From the NCBI GenBank assembly GCA_965262615.1, contig OZ253545.1, positions 1,280,001-1,344,000 on the forward strand: DNA of 64,000 nt, written 5' to 3'. Made by a program: the position numbers and the translations under genes. Numbering within the stretch: position 1 is the first letter of the stretch; each line of letters starts with the position of its first letter. Positions 28,401 to 36,962 of the stretch are shown here, piece by piece. The notes under the pieces are model-generated. The model was not told the DNA's origin and did no database searches. It was given only the letters and a program-made list of their open reading frames with translations. Origin of the DNA: Alphaproteobacteria bacterium. GTDB taxonomy: Bacteria; Pseudomonadota; Alphaproteobacteria; GM7ARS4; G965262615.

Positions 28401-31400
28401 ATCCATGTAGAGTCTCAGCGTGCCACCGGCATTGACATTGAAGTTCTCCAGCCCTGCGATGGTGACTCTGTCGGAGCCATCGGAGGCATTGCCCAAGGCG
28501 ACCGTGCCGCCGCTATTGACATTGATTGTGTCGGCATTGCCGCCGCCGAAGTTGTTGGTGTCGTTTGAGACACCTGCGATAATCAGCGTTCCCGTGCCAC
28601 TGACGGTGACGGTGTCATTGCCGCCGCCCGTGACGATGCGTCCTTGTGCCGTTCCCCCCGTGACACGCATGATAACGGGTGAATTTCCTGAGGAAGAAAC
28701 CAGATTATCGGCTTCCACGCGTCCGCCCGAGACATTGATATTGATGTTGCCCGAAGCCGAAATCGCGCCAAAGGCGGTGGTGTTCGCGCCGCCGAGGATG
28801 ACCCCAGAGCCCGAGTTGGTCATCGTCCCGCCGGTGCTACCAGAAGTCTGCACGACGATTCCTCTGTTGCCGTTGCCGGTGCCACCGGCACCCAAGAAGA
28901 TGTTGCCCTGATTGGTGACCGAGACACTGCCGCTTCCCTTATGGTCGGCGAGAATGCCGATGTGCTGATTGCCGCAGTTAGCAGAACAGCTGGATGACAC
29001 AGTGACGGTGCGGCGAATGGTCTTGGTGGCGGTGCCATTGGAGAATTCAATGACATCCTCAACCCTGCGATTGACAAACCCGATTGACCCCGTGTTGGTG
29101 ACCGTAATTCCGCCACTTCCGCCCGATTCGGCAGAGATTCCGTCAAGGTTGTTGGCGTAGCTGGTGCCATTTTGCACAAACACGAGGTCACCGCCATTGG
29201 TGATACCCACCGAGGCGGCGGCTTTCACATAGAGGGCGGCATTGCCAGAGCCACGCACTTGGATGGCGCGCGGGCTCACGCTGTTGCTTTGATTGGTGAC
29301 GGTGATATTCCCACTGACGCTGTTCGCGCCCGAAGTGCCATCAAGTTCCAAGCCATGCCCTGTGCCAGTGGCTCGGGAGTTGATATCAGCCCCAAGAGTG
29401 CCAATAGCCACACTCACATTGCGCCGATCGCCGCCCAATTCGTCATTGAGATTCACCCCCGACCCCATGCCGAATGCGCTGCCGCCGGCGCAGGTCAGGG
29501 CGGCATCATTGGTGCTGATGGTGCGTGAGCAGTCAACGGAGGGGGCGATGGATGCGGACGCTCTGAGATTCACCCATCGCACTTGCAGATTGTTGGTGTT
29601 GGGGTCTATTCTCACTTCGGCATCGGCGAAAATCTCGCGTGTCCCACGGAAGAAACGCATCCCGAGAGCCAGCCCTTGTGCCGCCGTGATGTCGGCAAGC
29701 CGCAGGTTGAGGGCGTTGTTGCTGGTGATGGTGTTAGGAAGGTTGACATCTCTGGTGGCTCTGTTGAGGGTGACGCTGCCCTGAATGAGGGTAATCCAGC
29801 TGGTGCGGTCGCCGAGCGCGACACCAGAGGGCAGGTGCATCACGATGGTTGTGCCACTGCTGTGCGTTCCATCCACGGTGACATTGGTCGTGCCAGTGAA
29901 GGTCAACCCCGCGTTACTCAAATCGTTGTTGAAATAAAGGTGCAGGGTGCTCAATCCACGCAGATGGAAGTTCTCCAGCCCCGTGATAGTGCCACCGACA
30001 GAAGCCGATGAGCCCACCGTGAGCGTTCCCGTGCCGCCCACCGTCATGGTGTCCGTTCCAGCCCCAAAGGTCAGATTGCCACTGCCGCCGAAGGAGTATG
30101 AACCCCCCGCAAAGCCGTTATTGACAGTAAAGAGAGTGGTTTGCACGCTTTGCCCGCTTTGCCCTCCCTGTGGCACATTGCGTGTGCGCGTGCCTTGATT
30201 GTAGCCGCCGCCGATGTAGAAACTGTCACTGCCTGCGCCCAGATCAATATCACCCCTGACATTCGCCAGTTCCCGCACTTCAACGATGGCATTGCCCGCA
30301 AAGCCAGTGGTATCCACGAGCGTTCCGATGGCGCTGTTGTTGAGTCCTGTTTGCGAGACGCTGATGACTCCCTTGTCACCACTGCGCGTTCCCACCAGTT
30401 TGAAGGCGGTGATGTTCGCGCCCCCTATGATTGTTCCCTTATTGCTGATGGTGATATCAACATTCGCGCTGGCACTGGTGGTATCCACCTCAATGGCGGT
30501 ACTCGCGCTATTGCCGATGCGAATCGTGCCGCTTGTTTCATTGGTAACCCGCACAAAGGATGCACTGGAGCTCTCAGCCTTGACATAAATTCCCTTGTGT
30601 CCCGAGCCACAGTTGGATGTGCAGGCTGAGCTAAAGCCCATGGTGCCGCGATTGATGACGGTGGTGTATTCGCCCAAGCCTTCCACCTGAGCGGCGATAA
30701 GATTGTCGAGGTATGAACCGCCAGCGCGTGCGAAGAAAACCAGTCCCCCATCGTTATCCAGCGTGACATTGCGATCATGTTTGATGAAAGCGGCGGCACT
30801 GCCTATAATCCGTGTTCCGATGTTTACTTTGTCGCTGTCGCTGGTGTTTTTTTGCAGATTGATCCAAAGATTGCCCGGCACCCGTGATTGGTTGGCTGTG
30901 CCATCGGCGATGAATGCGCTATCTATGTTAGAAGTTCCCACATTACCAGCGAGGTCATCCACACTGAGAGTCAAATCACCGGGCACCGAGGTGCTGAGAC
31001 CTGTGGCTTTGGAGAAAAACCGATTCATGTTCAAGCCCCTACTGAATTCGGTACCTCCTGCCGTTCCGTTCTCGCAAGAGAGGGTTGCAGCCGATGCGCT
31101 GTAGGTGCAATCCATGGTGGATGCGGTGGCTGCCGTGCCCAAAGACAGTGCTTCCCATGAGACTCGCAGAGTTTCGCCTGTGCCTTCTAACACCTTGCCG
31201 CCTTGCACAACCATTTGTCCGCCGCCCGCTTGGAACACCCGCAAGGTCATTGAGACGCCCGGCTCGCGGTCAAAGAAATTGATGGCATTGCCCGCGCCGC
31301 TCACATCAATGATGGTGAAGGCGGCGCGCGGCCCCGTGAAGGAGTAGGAATTGGGAATGGTGACATCAATATTGATGTTCTCGGGGACAAAGCTGGGATC

Positions 31401-34400
31401 CGGTCGTCCCGATGGGAGTGTGGTCACTTCGCCATCAAACGCGAGATTAGCGTTCAGCGTGAGGGGTGCGGCATCGTTGCTGGTGGAGAATCGGCTGTCC
31501 ATGAACACCCGCAAGGTTGCGCCGGCAATGACATGAAAATTCTCCAAGCCATTGAGGGTCACGCCGTCCGAGCCACTGATGGAATCGCCCACTTGGATTG
31601 TGCCACCGTCATTGACGCTGATATCATCTCTGCCACCGCCAAAATTGGATGTGCCAGAACTAATGACAAGCGTTCCGCCATCATTGACAACGGTCTGACT
31701 GTCGTTGCTGTTGAGATTGAACCGCCCTGTCGCCGTGCCACCATTGACATTGACAGCGACATAACCCGTCGCCGTGTTACTCAAACTCACCAAGTTCGTT
31801 TGACTTATCGCCGTGCCACCATTGAAATTGACGGTCATATTGCCACTCGTGCCCGAAAAACGAACGGCACTGCCAAAGGCGGTGATGGTGCCGGTGTTGG
31901 TGACCGTCTGATGCCTGCCGCCATTCATAAAAATGGCGTTGCGCGCAATGATTGTGCCACTGTTGGTGACCGTGCTAGCCGCCGCCGAACCAGAGACAGC
32001 TTCTGTGAAAATGCCATAGCTATCAGCGTTGTTGCAGTTATTGCAGGCGGTGCTAAACCCAACCCTGCCAGAATTGGTGACCGTGACCGCGCCATTATTC
32101 GCGATGGCACGAATTCCGATCAATTCACCAGCATAGGCACCGCCGCTTTGAGCAAACACGAGGTTGCCCGCATTATTGACGGTTGTCCCCAGCGCGCCCC
32201 GCACACGCAAGGCGGCTTTGCCCGACCCTCGCACAAACACATCGCGTTTTGTGCCAGTGGTCTGATTGTTGACGATGAGATTGCCCGTCACCCGAGCAAA
32301 AACCGAACCCGCCGTATCCGCACCATCAATCTCAATGCCATGACCGGTGCTGGAGGCGTTGGTGTTCACATTCGCCGCCAAATCACTGATATTGACCGTG
32401 CCTCGTCCCTCAACGCGCGTATTCAGCACGGATTCATCACCGAAAAAACTAGGAAGGGTAATTCCGTTCGCCACATTGGCGGCGACACCACCACCGCAAT
32501 TGAGCGTCACGGCACTGGCATTTTCAACGGTTCTGCCACAACCAAAGCCGAGCCCCGCCCCAGCCCATGTGAGAACCAAATTACTGCCAGCGGATTGCAG
32601 CCCTATGCTTGAGAAACTAAGCATTCTGCCACCGGCGAGTCTCACCCGCACGGCAAAATTAGAGTTAGCAAAGCCACTGGAGTATCTAACGGTTCCATTG
32701 TTGGCAATAAGCAACGCCGTGGTGATGCTCGTTGGGAACGCATAATTGGCGGGCAACACCACCTCAAGGGTGACCGTGCCACTGCCATTAAAAGTCAAGT
32801 TGCCATCTGTAAGAGTGACAGCAGAGCTTCGGCTTGCAATGATATTTGCACCCACAAACAATCGCAGAGTCGCCCCCGACCTGATGGTAAAGTTAGTCAA
32901 GCCTCTAATGCCTGAGTTTTCGGCACGGGTGGTGGCATTGCCCCATTGCAATGTGCCACCGCTATTGACATTCACGATGTCATTGCCGCCGCCAAAATTG
33001 GATGCTCCCACCAAATTCAGTGTGCCGCCGCTATTGACGGTGACACTGTCATTGCCGCCGCCAAAATCCGATCCCGCCGTCAAATTCAGTGTGCCGCCGC
33101 TCACCGTGACGGTGTCCGCACCGCCACGGAAAATAAATCTGCCTGTTGCCGTGCCGCCACGGACATTGACGGTGGTGTTACGGTTGTTGCCGCTGGCGAC
33201 TTCCACCAAGTAATCACGCGAGGAAACCGTGCCACTATTGAAATTAATGGTGGGGTTGCCCGCGAGACTTCTCAAATACACCGCCGCGCCGTCCGCCATG
33301 ATGGTGCCGGTGTTGGTGACTGTGGGCGTTCCGCCGTCCATAAAAATCGCCGTGCTGTCGGTGTGGGTGCTGGCGGTGGTTCGCACATTGATTGTGCCGG
33401 AGTTGGTGACGGAGTTCGCCCCCGAGCCCGTTGCCACATCGGAGAAAATGCCCACATGATCCGTGCCACAATTGGTGCTACAGGTGGATGCAAATCCGAT
33501 TCTGCCCGAGTTGGTGATGGTTGTGGTGTTGCCACTTCCTGCCGATGCGGCTTCAATTCCATAGAGTTCGTCTTCGTAGCCCGTGGATTTGGCGGCAAAC
33601 ACAAGATTGGCGGCATTGGTGACCGTCACCCCCGCCCTGCTGTTCACATACAGCGCAATCGCCCCCTCGCCTCGCACAAACACATCGCGTTTGGTGGTGG
33701 AATTGGTCTGATGATTCACCGTGATAGACCCCGTGATGCCATTAGTAACGCTGCCATCAATCGCAATGCCGTCATTGTCACTGGCGGTGCTGGTGTTCAC
33801 ATTGGCTCGGAAATCATTGAGGCTGATGACCCCATCCCCCGTAATGCTGGAGACCCCACTGACATTGGCAAAAATCTCAGCCAGCGTCAGACCATCCGCC
33901 GTCAGCCCGCCCGATGCCCCCGTGCAGGTGAGCGTTCTGTTGCTGTTGGATGTCCCACAGGTGATGGGAAGTGACCACGCCAGACGCAAATTCTCATTGG
34001 CTTCCGTCACAACAAGCGTATAGCCATCAACGGTGACGATGTTATCACTGCCGTCAAGCACATTCACAGTCAGCGTGGACAAAGACGCACCATTGATAAA
34101 ATCAAGAGAGTTGCTACCGCCACCCACATCAATCAAATCAAAGGCGGCGCGATCCGCGAGCGTGTAGCCCGATGGCAACCTCACATTGATGGTGATGGCA
34201 CCGCTGCCGTCAAACTGCAGATTGCCCGTAGAGAAAAAGAAGGCTCTGGAGGAGGTGGTGGTGAAGTTGCTGTCCAAAAAGATATTCAGAGTCGCACCGC
34301 TTTTGATGGTGAAGGTGGACAAACTAGAGAGGGTGACATTGTCCGAGCCATCGGCGGCATCGCCCAAATTCAATGTGGCACCGCTATTGACCGTGAGAGA

Positions 34401-36962
34401 ATCCGTGCCACCGCCAAAATTGGATGTGCCGCTTGACAGAGTCGTTGTGCCACCACGCACGGTGACGGCATCATTACCGCCCCCTAAGGTGATGCGCCCC
34501 GTTGCCGTGCCGCGAATGCTGACGGTCGTCGCACCCGCAAAGGTGGAATTCACCAAATACTGCCCACTCACCGTGCCAGATTGGAAATTGATGGTGGCAT
34601 TGTCATCGGACGCACCGCCCGTGAGAACCACCACCCCGCCGGTGCTACTGATGTTTCCCGAATTGCTGATGTTAATAGATGCCGTTGTTGAGCCCGCGTC
34701 CACGCGAATGCCAGCCGCCGTCACGCCTGCCCCTCCGAGACTGATGCGCGCCCCATTGGTCACCGTCACCGAGCCCGTGCCACCATGATTCACATAAATG
34801 CCGCGATGCCCCGAGCCACAATTGATGGTGCAGACAGAAGAAAAGCCAATCCGCCCCGTGCCTTGCGTGGTGATGTTCACATTGCCCGTGCCACCCGAGA
34901 CGGCTTCAATGCCGCGCCTGTTGCTGTTTGCAGTCCCCGTAAACACCAAAGCCGCCGCATTGTTGATGGTCACCGAGCGATTGCTTTTCACATACAACGC
35001 CGCTTGGTTTGCTCCCCGCACATTGGCAGCTCGCCGTGTGGCAGAAGAGGTTTGATTATTGACGGTCAAATCCTGCGACACGGTGCTTCCGCTCGCCGTG
35101 CCATCAAAGGTCATGGCGCGCCCCGTGCCAGAGCTGGAATTGCTCACAACACCAGTAAGGTTGTTCAAATTCACCGTCAAACTGCCCGTGTGCGAGCCAC
35201 TGATGAGACCCGTGTCGGCAAACATACGGTTCATATTAAGACCATTCCTGAATTCATTGTCAACCACCGAGCCACCGGTGCATCCCAAGACATTGGACGC
35301 GTAGCTACAGCTCATGGATGATGGCTCCACATTGGTCCACACCACCCGCAGATTCTCGCCTGATGCCTCACTCACCGCAAAGCCATACAGATTCTGAACG
35401 GCATTGCCCTTCAGCACCCGCACATTGAAGGTGGTGTTAGAGCCAATATCAAGGGTGTTGCCAGAACCAGTCACATCAATCAAATCGGTGACGCGATAGC
35501 CAAGCGTGTAGCCCGAAGGCACTTCAATATCAAGATTGACAGCACCACTGCCAGCAAAACTCAAATCGCCCCTGAAAATCATTTTGTTAAAGGAGCTATC
35601 CATAAACACCCTCAAGGTGGCACCGGAATTGACGGTGAATGCCGTTGTGCCTTGCGTTGAACTCCTTGTATTGAAGGTCACGCCATCGGAGCCACCCGAA
35701 GCCGTGCCAAGGTGCAACGCGCCACCGCTATTGACACGCACATTATCCGTATTATTGCCAGTGCCAAAATCCGATGACCCAATCAGCACAAGAGTGCCGC
35801 CGTTGTTCACATTGATGGTGCTCGCACCCGCATTCAAATCCAAACGCCCCGTTGCCGTGCCGCCACCGACATTAATATTGACCGTGTTGGTTGAGCTATC
35901 AGACGCAACCACCAAATGCTGCGAGGAACGCACCGTGCCACCATTGAAATTGATCGTGAAATTGCTCGCACCCTCCAACTCAACCACCGTTCCAGCTCCC
36001 ACATTGATATTGCCGGTGTTGGTGATGGTGCTACTGACAGAATTGGCAGCCGCATAAATGCCAACATGACCCGTGCCACCCACACTGCCCGCAAAGCCAA
36101 TTCTGCCACTGTTGTTGATATTCACATTAGTGCCGTCCGCCTCAATGCCCACCAAATCATCGTTGGTGCTGGCAAAATCAAGGTCGGCGGCATTGTTGAT
36201 GGTCACCCGAGTGGGTGCAACGCCAAGAATCGCGACCGCGCCCTCCCCGCGAATCTGAATGGTTCTGACCGTGCCAGTCTGACCCGCGCCATTAGAACCC
36301 GTGCCAGTCGTCTGATTGTTGATGGTGAGAGCCCTCTCTGCCCGCAGTGTGCCACCAGTCAAATCAACACTGATGCCATCGGCATTGCTGTTTGATGCCG
36401 TGTTCACATTAGCCGACAGATTGCGTATTCTGATGAGAAGTGAGACAGCACCTTGATTTTTATGCTCACCTGTCGGCGAGAGTTCGGATTCCGTCAGCCC
36501 GTTGTTCAAGTCGCTCGCCGCTCCCCCCGCACACTCAAACACCACCAAAGACGAATTGCCCGTGCCGAGGGCGCATGTCAATGCCTGGGCGATTGCCTTA
36601 TGATTGCCGTCACGCTGATTATTATTGCCTGCCGCGGCTGTGGCATTGGCATAGGCGCGGTCGGAATCGGAGCAATGAATCATTCCCCATGGGCTATGGG
36701 CGGTTGTGGCATCGCCACACGCCACGCTCTCATCGCCACTCATGACAAGCCCCGAGACTTGCGGGCCTCCCGCGTAAGACGGCGATGCCAGCATCACCGC
36801 CATCGCACAGACCTGCACCACCCAAAGCGTGCCGTATGTCAGAAAAGACTGTGGCGTGAGCCGTTTTCCCACTCCTTCAGTTTTTTTGGCAGTCCTGCTG
36901 GCAATCGTGCTTGCATCTCGCCGCTTTGTTGTGAAAATCCAAGATAACAGTGATGTCGCCAT
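19443..36962 (-). CDS. Giant autotransporter adhesin, 5,839 aa, 11 Cys-pair modules plus C-terminal beta-barrel
   Basis: GAAGGAG RBS; extended signal region ending ASPSYA|G; 11 modules starting with a Cys pair (LTCALG, MSCSYA, ITCGTS, FGCGRT, MDCTYS, VDCSRT, FTCSLA, LTCVSG, FGCAPA, MDCRLG, MNCSYT); barrel homologous to that of 11663-19039, ending ARLRLSF. Confidence 0.88.
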   Translation of the reverse strand: MATSLLSWIFTTKRRDASTIASRTAKKTEGVGKRLTPQSFLTYGTLWVVQVCAMAVMLASPSYAGGPQVSGLVMSGDESVACGDATTAHSPWGMIHCSDSDRAYANATAAAGNNNQRDGNHKAIAQALTCALGTGNSSLVVFECAGGAASDLNNGLTESELSPTGEHKNQGAVSLLIRIRNLSANVNTASNSNADGISVDLTGGTLRAERALTINNQTTGTGSNGAGQTGTVRTIQIRGEGAVAILGVAPTRVTINNAADLDFASTNDDLVGIEADGTNVNINNSGRIGFAGSVGGTGHVGIYAAANSVSSTITNTGNINVGAGTVVELEGASNFTINFNGGTVRSSQHLVVASDSSTNTVNINVGGGTATGRLDLNAGASTINVNNGGTLVLIGSSDFGTGNNTDNVRVNSGGALHLGTASGGSDGVTFNTRSSTQGTTAFTVNSGATLRVFMDSSFNKMIFRGDLSFAGSGAVNLDIEVPSGYTLGYRVTDLIDVTGSGNTLDIGSNTTFNVRVLKGNAVQNLYGFAVSEASGENLRVVWTNVEPSSMSCSYASNVLGCTGGSVVDNEFRNGLNMNRMFADTGLISGSHTGSLTVNLNNLTGVVSNSSSGTGRAMTFDGTASGSTVSQDLTVNNQTSSATRRAANVRGANQAALYVKSNRSVTINNAAALVFTGTANSNRRGIEAVSGGTGNVNITTQGTGRIGFSSVCTINCGSGHRGIYVNHGGTGSVTVTNGARISLGGAGVTAAGIRVDAGSTTASINISNSGNISSTGGVVVLTGGASDDNATINFQSGTVSGQYLVNSTFAGATTVSIRGTATGRITLGGGNDAVTVRGGTTTLSSGTSNFGGGTDSLTVNSGATLNLGDAADGSDNVTLSSLSTFTIKSGATLNIFLDSNFTTTSSRAFFFSTGNLQFDGSGAITINVRLPSGYTLADRAAFDLIDVGGGSNSLDFINGASLSTLTVNVLDGSDNIVTVDGYTLVVTEANENLRLAWSLPITCGTSNSNRTLTCTGASGGLTADGLTLAEIFANVSGVSSITGDGVISLNDFRANVNTSTASDNDGIAIDGSVTNGITGSITVNHQTNSTTKRDVFVRGEGAIALYVNSRAGVTVTNAANLVFAAKSTGYEDELYGIEAASAGSGNTTTITNSGRIGFASTCSTNCGTDHVGIFSDVATGSGANSVTNSGTINVRTTASTHTDSTAIFMDGGTPTVTNTGTIMADGAAVYLRSLAGNPTINFNSGTVSSRDYLVEVASGNNRNTTVNVRGGTATGRFIFRGGADTVTVSGGTLNLTAGSDFGGGNDSVTVNSGGTLNLVGASNFGGGNDIVNVNSGGTLQWGNATTRAENSGIRGLTNFTIRSGATLRLFVGANIIASRSSAVTLTDGNLTFNGSGTVTLEVVLPANYAFPTSITTALLIANNGTVRYSSGFANSNFAVRVRLAGGRMLSFSSIGLQSAGSNLVLTWAGAGLGFGCGRTVENASAVTLNCGGGVAANVANGITLPSFFGDESVLNTRVEGRGTVNISDLAANVNTNASSTGHGIEIDGADTAGSVFARVTGNLIVNNQTTGTKRDVFVRGSGKAALRVRGALGTTVNNAGNLVFAQSGGAYAGELIGIRAIANNGAVTVTNSGRVGFSTACNNCNNADSYGIFTEAVSGSAAASTVTNSGTIIARNAIFMNGGRHQTVTNTGTITAFGSAVRFSGTSGNMTVNFNGGTAISQTNLVSLSNTATGYVAVNVNGGTATGRFNLNSNDSQTVVNDGGTLVISSGTSNFGGGRDDISVNDGGTIQVGDSISGSDGVTLNGLENFHVIAGATLRVFMDSRFSTSNDAAPLTLNANLAFDGEVTTLPSGRPDPSFVPENINIDVTIPNSYSFTGPRAAFTIIDVSGAGNAINFFDREPGVSMTLRVFQAGGGQMVVQGGKVLEGTGETLRVSWEALSLGTAATASTMDCTYSASAATLSCENGTAGGTEFSRGLNMNRFFSKATGLSTSVPGDLTLSVDDLAGNVGTSNIDSAFIADGTANQSRVPGNLWINLQKNTSDSDKVNIGTRIIGSAAAFIKHDRNVTLDNDGGLVFFARAGGSYLDNLIAAQVEGLGEYTTVINRGTMGFSSACTSNCGSGHKGIYVKAESSSASFVRVTNETSGTIRIGNSASTAIEVDTTSASANVDITISNKGTIIGGANITAFKLVGTRSGDKGVISVSQTGLNNSAIGTLVDTTGFAGNAIVEVRELANVRGDIDLGAGSDSFYIGGGYNQGTRTRNVPQGGQSGQSVQTTLFTVNNGFAGGSYSFGGSGNLTFGAGTDTMTVGGTGTLTVGSSASVGGTITGLENFHLRGLSTLHLYFNNDLSNAGLTFTGTTNVTVDGTHSSGTTIVMHLPSGVALGDRTSWITLIQGSVTLNRATRDVNLPNTITSNNALNLRLADITAAQGLALGMRFFRGTREIFADAEVRIDPNTNNLQVRWVNLRASASIAPSVDCSRTISTNDAALTCAGGSAFGMGSGVNLNDELGGDRRNVSVAIGTLGADINSRATGTGHGLELDGTSGANSVSGNITVTNQSNSVSPRAIQVRGSGNAALYVKAAASVGITNGGDLVFVQNGTSYANNLDGISAESGGSGGITVTNTGSIGFVNRRVEDVIEFSNGTATKTIRRTVTVSSSCSANCGNQHIGILADHKGSGSVSVTNQGNIFLGAGGTGNGNRGIVVQTSGSTGGTMTNSGSGVILGGANTTAFGAISASGNININVSGGRVEADNLVSSSGNSPVIMRVTGGTAQGRIVTGGGNDTVTVSGTGTLIIAGVSNDTNNFGGGNADTINVNSGGTVALGNASDGSDRVTIAGLENFNVNAGGTLRLYMDASFNAANIAATTAFAGTGNNAPVIEVYLHENYTLATQRSEFTIFDASAAITASATTLTDMARRVRLVQGNTTYRATFTLNRDSNDTTKLNLTWTDAYSVVDPSAFTCSLASGTLACTGPRRTDFNAPYLGREYLQGGVNLNRFFQKVSTLNSGIHSGDLTVNINNLGNDLAWNDAQSPTNSTITIDGSAGGSRVTGNLIVNNQTTSSPAFTAYVRAASQAALYAKAITNRNITVTNEGNLFFGEKSGGGYNSVMRGLSVVATGTGNAMVTNSADIGFESACTSNCGANQRGIMVGAATGTITIVNSGNIAIGSGGSSDADYNRAIYVFSGSDLGNVTITNTGNISGGSNSRAVYVAAGTATSNSITVNFNGGTVDVGTLVRANATTDLAFNVNVNGGTAKGQLVFSDDNDNDTVTVSGNTPQGGTLQVGTLHLVGTSNFYGGTDAITVNNGGRLIMGTSSTNVTLTGLENFNLNANGILEVFGNFSITGTASISGSGSNAPTVVVHLPTGTGNGNYGIISANTTTIADAAGLVSKARFTLGGVVASPFTRTFSNTGGNFVVNLTMLDTASGLTCVSGGNDFSCTGGSGSEYTNGFLLSRFFGHANFVTNTGAVDGGLRVWVDGLSANVNTSGTGHGMTFDATANGSLVTGDLRVFNQVKESRTETLNQNPTRRQVQVRAAERAAIFAKASGDLYVESNSPLVFAGSNVNNMRGIHAVAGRGKATTVSNKGNIGFVSCTSNCGSGHRGIFVEHTGTNSTTGQTAATITNSGAIDFGVATNSVGIYVSHTNNSGNITVTNSGTVALGTGSVFAEFAGSASSARTFTVNIGNSVVADTIVKSPSNANFNINITGGDVSGSFNLRSGNDTVRITGGSFNVGSSADFGLGNNSVIAEQGGTFAVTSGAALTGLDNFTANAGGALRVYLGDSFDSANSTVLNLGGAYSLNGTGESAARLEIYLPNGYVLGARSRFAFITAGTASVASLSDVAANARLYYRGSRLKGTLNVIQSGSTLQLEWLGDISYLDFGCAPAAGVTNAFNCSGGVVSEVEDGLASIVIFEAAGITSSVANPTFNFDDLAANVGSKSNIDTNGHGIVVDATLSSSLSGNLTVNNQVNTASADKVDVFVRGLAHITTHVAALYVKSDAGVTVNNAADLVFHRAEGTTSWLCVTTGSCPDANRPSNPYRNNLAGITAVSAGSGSVAITNSAAIGFNGNCTDISCGGGHRGINVQHGGSGTVTITNSGDINIQRGAAFYVEHGNNSGDVTITSSGNITVQDDHSAVRIANTGSSSQTVTINLTGGDITAGEIVTTSSTANFKVNLNISSTDVMGSLSLGRGNDTVTVSDSAKFTLGSPFNFGAGDDSLIVRDRAQIIAGNATDGSDDVQLNGLESVTFSNSASLTLFLDSGFNAAYSAWTTAQANLSTVTANSSSTQAQIRAAQTALRVALGALDAKAFKVQGQVAFQGRGNNAPIIRIHLPSGFALEGAGRVPRPDFTIIATQRIYRTNPGSVASAGVTAESLRDMASRVRIIQDGQILSVASYLTIRGFDSLNLGWVTTGAPNFNVSQMDCRLGGEIVNCSGGVLGSNEFNSGISLIGILERLGVVTLGDEAQTGFVETGFVLNLDNLVSHVNLTGSGYGIYVDGRSSLSEVRGNLTVNNQVRTADDDKKDVYVRASEQAGIFVNSAKAATVTNAGNIFFRKIGNTANYSNAMIALSANSLGAGRLHVTNNARIGFDEVCIAVTNGANCGSELIGISASQHEAGATIVVNNGSINVGGGNDAIFVQQLGGVGTVTITNNGNITAKNAVIFSQIDGDPASDTAVINFSGGVVRTAALVHADRFNFEDLDSPDVDLSTLDLNAAVCNDADTTNDTDACKVDSGFVGKVTVNVTGGLNVGNFVFNRAVSSDDTVNVTGGILVLPSVTADGGAGGVSDFGRGTDTLSVGRGGTLVLGSPYVAGSSSDPNETSIPTGSSSIQFSGLENFNLNAGATLRLYLDDSVSSNSVNAARINSTVSINSSANIDINLPSGYTIGDKTAFTLIDATALDVGSLRILSNRVRIFDSGGVLYQGTITLSQSGEDLQIAWSDLTQFAGASSMNCSYTSIARSIQCSGGDASDTEFSHGMNLTRIFNDVSFGRGGLYNNGQYSGNLTINLSGLTTTVNTAGLGHGIAIEAVTVVPDDPTDSNTTFTTTRYIAGDLTVNNQVTGTRGEVQVRGGTNAALYVAAAANVTVNNAADLRFKTKDTGFYDDSLTGLSVSSLENTTGSITVVNSGDIGFASSCVPQCGEGHIGIAIGHSATGDVSVTNVGNIAMGSGGVERLSINIPGQAPVTSEIVTANTAILLTVPYGNNVTVTNTGNITGGEYSSAVGIIAGAGAQNRVINFNGGEVKTDEIVNGELALGGTTTVNVNAGTEVEGRFNFGGTIAAGAETVNVNSGGTLVITNGESKFGAGADAIVVNEGGHLNLSNDATGGSDGVTISGLETFTLNAKSTLSVYLDSNFNAFSMATSIAINGGSDAPTLVINLPVGYDLAARSAFTLIGVTGTNTVTVDAATLRGLANNVRLVRGSQRFKGGSALTFSLSADGTNLQMAWNDSLEAIKFNEIARGLGGDDNQSSVALALSNAAERSGNPNLYRDLFNAVEDSGDAKNLESSLAPIYGSLVQSSWFAGHRFVNEVMENFCSRHRVTGLKKLSYSEHSTRNKRTSCGRADIWSSVTRKSDDDGAVGFEENSLFNFGGFWSRGLNKHFTFSGAVSYGLINHESNRGGESYGHRVSGAAVLHLTQNGALQRNGFIASAGATVSGSIFDVDRDTVGGGSVTSDVSMVTYGLHARGGLRLTLLGDMFIEPRGGISFSQLFMQETQEEVSRRVQGTSDFNLALDDGRHSFTSLHGSVMMGDQWQLSNSMQMEPSLKAGLTYIATGTDIDVNSRFVGDLNEQNFIAYNNDMDRLFVDISTGFLLFGDEEMLGSLDYEGMFSLIGKTRRHSARLRLSF

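Noticed and set aside
30249-35573. Two RGD tripeptides (30249-30257 and 35565-35573)
   Set aside because: Plausible by chance in a 5,839-aa Gly-rich protein, and both appear to sit in scaffold strands.
4-36947. Many 60-420 aa plus-strand and off-frame ORFs (e.g. MVVLALTVNVSKPV..., 20055-21323)
   Set aside because: Antisense or off-frame shadows of the giant genes caused by codon bias; no independent motifs.
19443-36962. CTxNCGxxH as a heme c-binding motif
   Set aside because: Spacing is CxxxC-xxx-H rather than CxxCH; a disulfide or metal site is more likely.
1-36962. Diversity-generating retroelement, shufflon or prophage behind the repeats
   Set aside because: No reverse transcriptase, recombinase or phage gene in the window; repeats are direct, in-frame and not visibly adenine-specific.
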